A DNA stretch of 64,000 nt from Amoebidium appalachense (Eukaryota; Protista; Ichthyosporea). The notes below the pieces were generated by a model, which saw nothing but the letters and a program-made list of their open reading frames with translations, searched no databases and had not been told where the DNA came from. This document shows, piece by piece, positions 40,929-64,000 of this stretch. Every line of letters begins with the position of its first letter. The stretch's first letter is position 1. The position numbers and the translations under genes are program-made. The stretch lies in the NCBI GenBank assembly GCA_963693365.1, contig CAVNZM010000009.1, forward strand, positions 5,710,245 through 5,774,244, given 5' to 3'.

Positions 40929-41989
40929 GGTGTGTGTGTGTGTGTGTGTTTGTGTGTTTGTGACGGTGTGTGTGGGTGTGTGTGTGCGTGTGTGTGTGTG
41001 TGTGTGTGCGCACGTGCGCGCGCGTGTGTGTGTGTGTGTGTGTGTGTGCGTGCGTGCGCGCGCGCGCGCGTGTGTGTGTGTCACGATATCTGTGCACACT
41101 TGCTCCTCGAATCAGCTTCCATTTCTCAAGGGTTTCTGTGCTCCTTGACTGTGGCACTAGCCCCGGTGCTGAGCCGATTTCGGGTAGCCAGCCCTCGAAG
41201 AACCGTGTGTGTTCTTAAAGTACACGTCTCTCGGCCCCCTCCCCCTCCCCCACCCCCCCCCCCCCCCCCCCCCCTCCCCGCCTCCTTTCTTTTCGTTAAA
41301 AAAACTCCGCGAGATCCCACACATCTATTTGCATAGTTTAGCCAAAAGACCCTCTTCCCTTGTCGGTCTGTTAAAGGCCAGGTGACTTTTCATAATACTT
41401 CTATTTTCCTCTTTTCCTGTTTCTGCTTTAAAACAATCTCTCTTTCTTTCTCTCTTTGTTCAAATAGTTGCAAATGGCCTGGGTGAGTTCTTCCCTCTCT
41501 CCCCCCCCCCCCCCCCCTCCCCCCCCCCCCTTCCCCCCTCCCTGGGGGGAGGGAGGGGGGGAGGAGGAAACAGGGGGGGGAGCAGGGAGAGGGGGCCAGC
41601 AGCACGACTGGTGATCGAATTAATTCAAAGACACGTTGCATCTCTTGTTCTTCCAACCACAACCTATTTGTGAACCATGTATTCCGCTGGGCTAGCGGTA
41701 TTTTAACTCAGTAAGGTCCCTTTCAGAAACGATTAAAGTATTCAGTGAGGGATTCCACCCCCCACCCCCCCACCCCCCACCTTTACCCCACCTCTCTGTC
41801 TCCTTCTTTCTTTCTCTCTCACTTTTTGGACGGGAGGGGAAGGGGGGAAGGGTGGTTGGCAACAATACAGCCTTTTTGCATGTGCCACGGATTCCGAAGA
41901 TGGCCATGGATAGAAGGGTCCAACTTGGGATATGAAACGGTTTTTCGAGGAAAAGTTGCGTGGGTGTGTGGGTGGTTTTTTTTTTTTTT

Positions 41990-42037
<48 letters not shown>

Positions 42038-42713
42038 GTGAGGGGGGGGGGGGGGGGGGGGGGAAAGAAGTAAAAGCAAACACACTCACTATCTCGAATT
42101 ATGTTTCTGTTTTTGCTGTTTCTGTTTTCTGTCGGCATTCTCAGCGTCCTTGGAGTGTCACAGTGGCAAATTCTTTTCCTTGGGTTCCCTCTAGAGTCTT
42201 AATTTCCCCACTGGGCACTGAGTCTAAGAGCATGTGAACGACCTACGGACCTATGATATCATTACCGCCGCGCTTGAAGGCATGGTTGTTGCGTTGAAGT
42301 ACACAGCCGCTAATTATGTCCAGGCTTGTCATTCCCAAGTTGTACAAAATGCAGAGTGACTCATCTCCTCCCTCCCTTGGAATACTATACCAGAAATGGC
42401 AGCCTACGGTTTGCATGCCCTTAAATGGATATGGATCAGCCTCCTCTGTGTGCGGCTGTGGTTTGGTGTGACATTTGGCACAGCGTATGATACTATATGC
42501 CGGGCGACTCTTCTACTTCTGGGTTCGGTGAATATAATATCATATGAGTCCGGAGTGCCAGTGTCCACCTGCCTGGCGGGGCCCCCACCCTCCTTCAAAA
42601 CCATTCGGCAGGCCACACTGCGGCGCTCGCACACACCGTACACCGTATTGGCACATGTACACACACACATGTACACACACACATGTACACACACACACAC
42701 ACACTGACACACT

Positions 42714-42748
<35 letters not shown>

Positions 42749-42987
42749 TGACACCTGGCAGTCGCAGAGGGCACACACGCAAACACAACACACACACAAA
42801 CACGCACACTGTGGCACACACACACACACGGCAACTAACACACAGGCGCAGAGGTGCACATACAAACCCAACACACGTCCACAAACACGCACACACACAC
42901 GCACACACACACCGTACACACACACACACACACGCGCGCGCACATGCACACACTCGGCAGGCACAGAGATGCCGCACGCACACACAC

Positions 42988-43091
<104 letters not shown>

Positions 43092-43371
43092 GGCACACAC
43101 ACACACACACACACACACCGTGACACACAGTGGCACACACACACACACACACACACACACCGTGACACATAATACACACACAAGTCGTGACACAGACACA
43201 CACGGACAGTCTGACACACCGCCGCCGCCACCCAGTGACTGTGACCACCAACAATTTAAAGATACTTGAGGTTGTGCCGATCACTCAGCTTCTTGCTTCT
43301 TTCGCCGCCAATTCTGAGTTTTAAATCAATGATTATTAGCCGCTAGTAGGCAATTGACACGTAGCTCCGGG

Positions 43372-43609
43372 GTGGCAATGGTAACACGTGTGTTCTAAAT
43401 ATACCCACCAATCACGGGGCAGCAGCTAGCACCCGTCACGGTGGGGGAGCAGGTAGTAAAATGTGCCGTGTGCCTGAGCAGAGGGGGGTGCCATCCTTGC
43501 CACAGGGGGGTCCAACGGGTGTCCCCAGATTGCATACTACTAACTATTTCCTTTTAGGGCGAGCCTGTCTGTGGAAGGGCAAAGAGACACAGGGGGAAGG
43601 GGGGAGGAA

Positions 43610-43649
<40 letters not shown>

Positions 43650-43816
43650 CAGTGTTTTGAGATCTGCTGCTACAGGGTCACCTCATGGCCAAATTTAAAC
43701 TTTCGATTTCCTTTGTTCCTCCCTATGTGTGTATACTCCAACAACATATACCCCCTTATTCCCTTAATCCAACCCCCCCTCCCTTCCCCCTCCCCTCCCT
43801 TCCCCCCCCTTTTTTC

Positions 43817-43847
<31 letters not shown>

Positions 43848-43987
43848 GGGGGGGCGGGACCGAGCCCGGCGCGTGCGCGCGCATGCGCGTGCACACGCAC
43901 ACGTGTGCGTTGGTGGCAGCGTAGAGGAGGGTGCACCGTGGAGGGAGCGAGCCTCACTATAGCCTTCACCTGCGAGCCTCAGTCATT

Positions 43988-44037
<50 letters not shown>

Positions 44038-44266
44038 ACTACCAAATCCTCATCTTTTGACTTGATAATTTAAAGTATACAAGTGGCCCATGCGCAAGGC
44101 GGGTCTATGCAATGTTGGAGTCAACCGTTCGACTTGGACCCCCCTGTGGCAAGGTGGTACCCCCCTCTGCTCAGGCACATGGCACATTCCCCCGCCGATC
44201 GTGGTGCGGTGCCAGCTGCTGGCCCGTGATTGGGGGATATATTTGGAACTCCGCGCCATTGGGCCA
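43372..44266. mobile_element. Foldback/MITE-like element with ~140-bp diverged terminal inverted repeats
   Basis: 43394-43515 (ttctaaatata...tgcctgagcagagggggg...ttgccacaggggggtccaa) is the approximate reverse complement of 44133-44248. Boundaries are approximate and no TSD was identified. Confidence 0.6.
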
Positions 44267-44854
44267 CATTGGCTATTTGTTCACTCAGCCTGGACTGTGA
44301 CTTCGAAACCCTGCACCCACCATTCCACATTCAGTCGATCTTTTATTGACACAGCCCAGCTGCGCCTGCACTGAGCCATGCACATATGATGGCCGAAACA
44401 GTTCCCTTTTTAAATTACCTGCAACAATAATGCAACATACTGTACACCCCGGATAATATCTGATTGAATCATACCCCCTGTATCACGACGTAGTCTATTT
44501 GAAGCAGGCAAACTCTTACGTTATATGTTACAATGTTATTATGTGCACAAAAAAAAGGGGGGGGTGCCTAACTGGCACCTTGCCTGTAAGCAAAAAACCC
44601 GAAGATAGGCCCAGCCGTGCAGCCCACATTTGCGAAAAATTGTCTGTTTTGGCTCTGGGTTGGAGGCCTGCTCAACTTGCAAAAGAAGCATTCCATGTCT
44701 AACCTCTGAGGCTAGTTCGTTTTACACAGCCAAGCCTTGTATCCAGCTCAACCGAAGCCAGACTTAACCCTCCCCCTCCCCCCCCCCCCCCCCCCCCCCC
44801 AACACCACCACCACCACCACCCCCCCACCCATCCAACAACAACCCCCCCCCCCC

Positions 44855-44905
<51 letters not shown>

Positions 44906-45144
44906 AACAATAACAACCCCTGAAAACAGCAATCGTTATGGATGAAACCACATTTGATACACGTGAACATACATCGCATGCCATGAAGCACACATCTAGA
45001 TAAGCACAGATATCGGGCAAGCATGGACAAACCGTCCAGCCACCTGGCCAGCTACTGGTTGTGGGGGTGGGTGGATGTCTGGGGGCGGGCAGCTCTCTGG
45101 GGGGGGGATATGGTGGTTAGTGCCACCGTCATTTTTCTTTTTTT

Positions 45145-45189
<45 letters not shown>

Positions 45190-45341
45190 TGTACCAGTTT
45201 TTTTTGGGGGGGTGTATGCTTTTTTTCTTTTGTGTGTGGGGGATACAGTTAAGGGTAAGGGGAGTGAGGGTTCGCTATTCAATTTGAAAAGAAGTGGCAG
45301 GAAGACAGGAGGGATTCCACTTATGTTCATGGCAATGAGGC

Positions 45342-64000
<18,659 letters not shown>

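Overview
Eukaryotic, intron-rich DNA full of poly-G/poly-C, (CA)n and (CT)n tracts. Most ORFs in the supplied track are low-complexity artefacts. The right third (45342 to >64000, minus strand) is a multi-exon metazoan-type chitin synthase that I could splice by eye through the GEDR, QRRRW and SWGTRE motifs. The left two thirds are three tandem copies of a ~9.9-kb unit (about 3195-13079, 13080-28017 and 28018-40200). The complete copies 1 and 3 carry an intronless gene for a secreted Cys-rich protein (17 amino-acid changes against 2 synonymous ones) and decayed 3' exons of the chitin synthase. Because the copies supply empty sites for one another, several insertions can be delimited exactly: a MITE, a 5'-truncated RNase H-bearing LINE, a 4-LTR tandem TRIM array, and a 5.8-kb Ginger-like TIR transposon with a spliced integrase. 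The intron of that integrase holds the most unusual object. It is a single insertion bounded by one 5-bp TSD, made of a TRIM whose LTRs each contain a complete tRNA-like Pol III gene, fused to the RT-RNase H, PPT and unrelated LTR of a Copia element. A unicellular holozoan (ichthyosporean-like) source is only an inference. All comparisons were made by eye and no searches were run.
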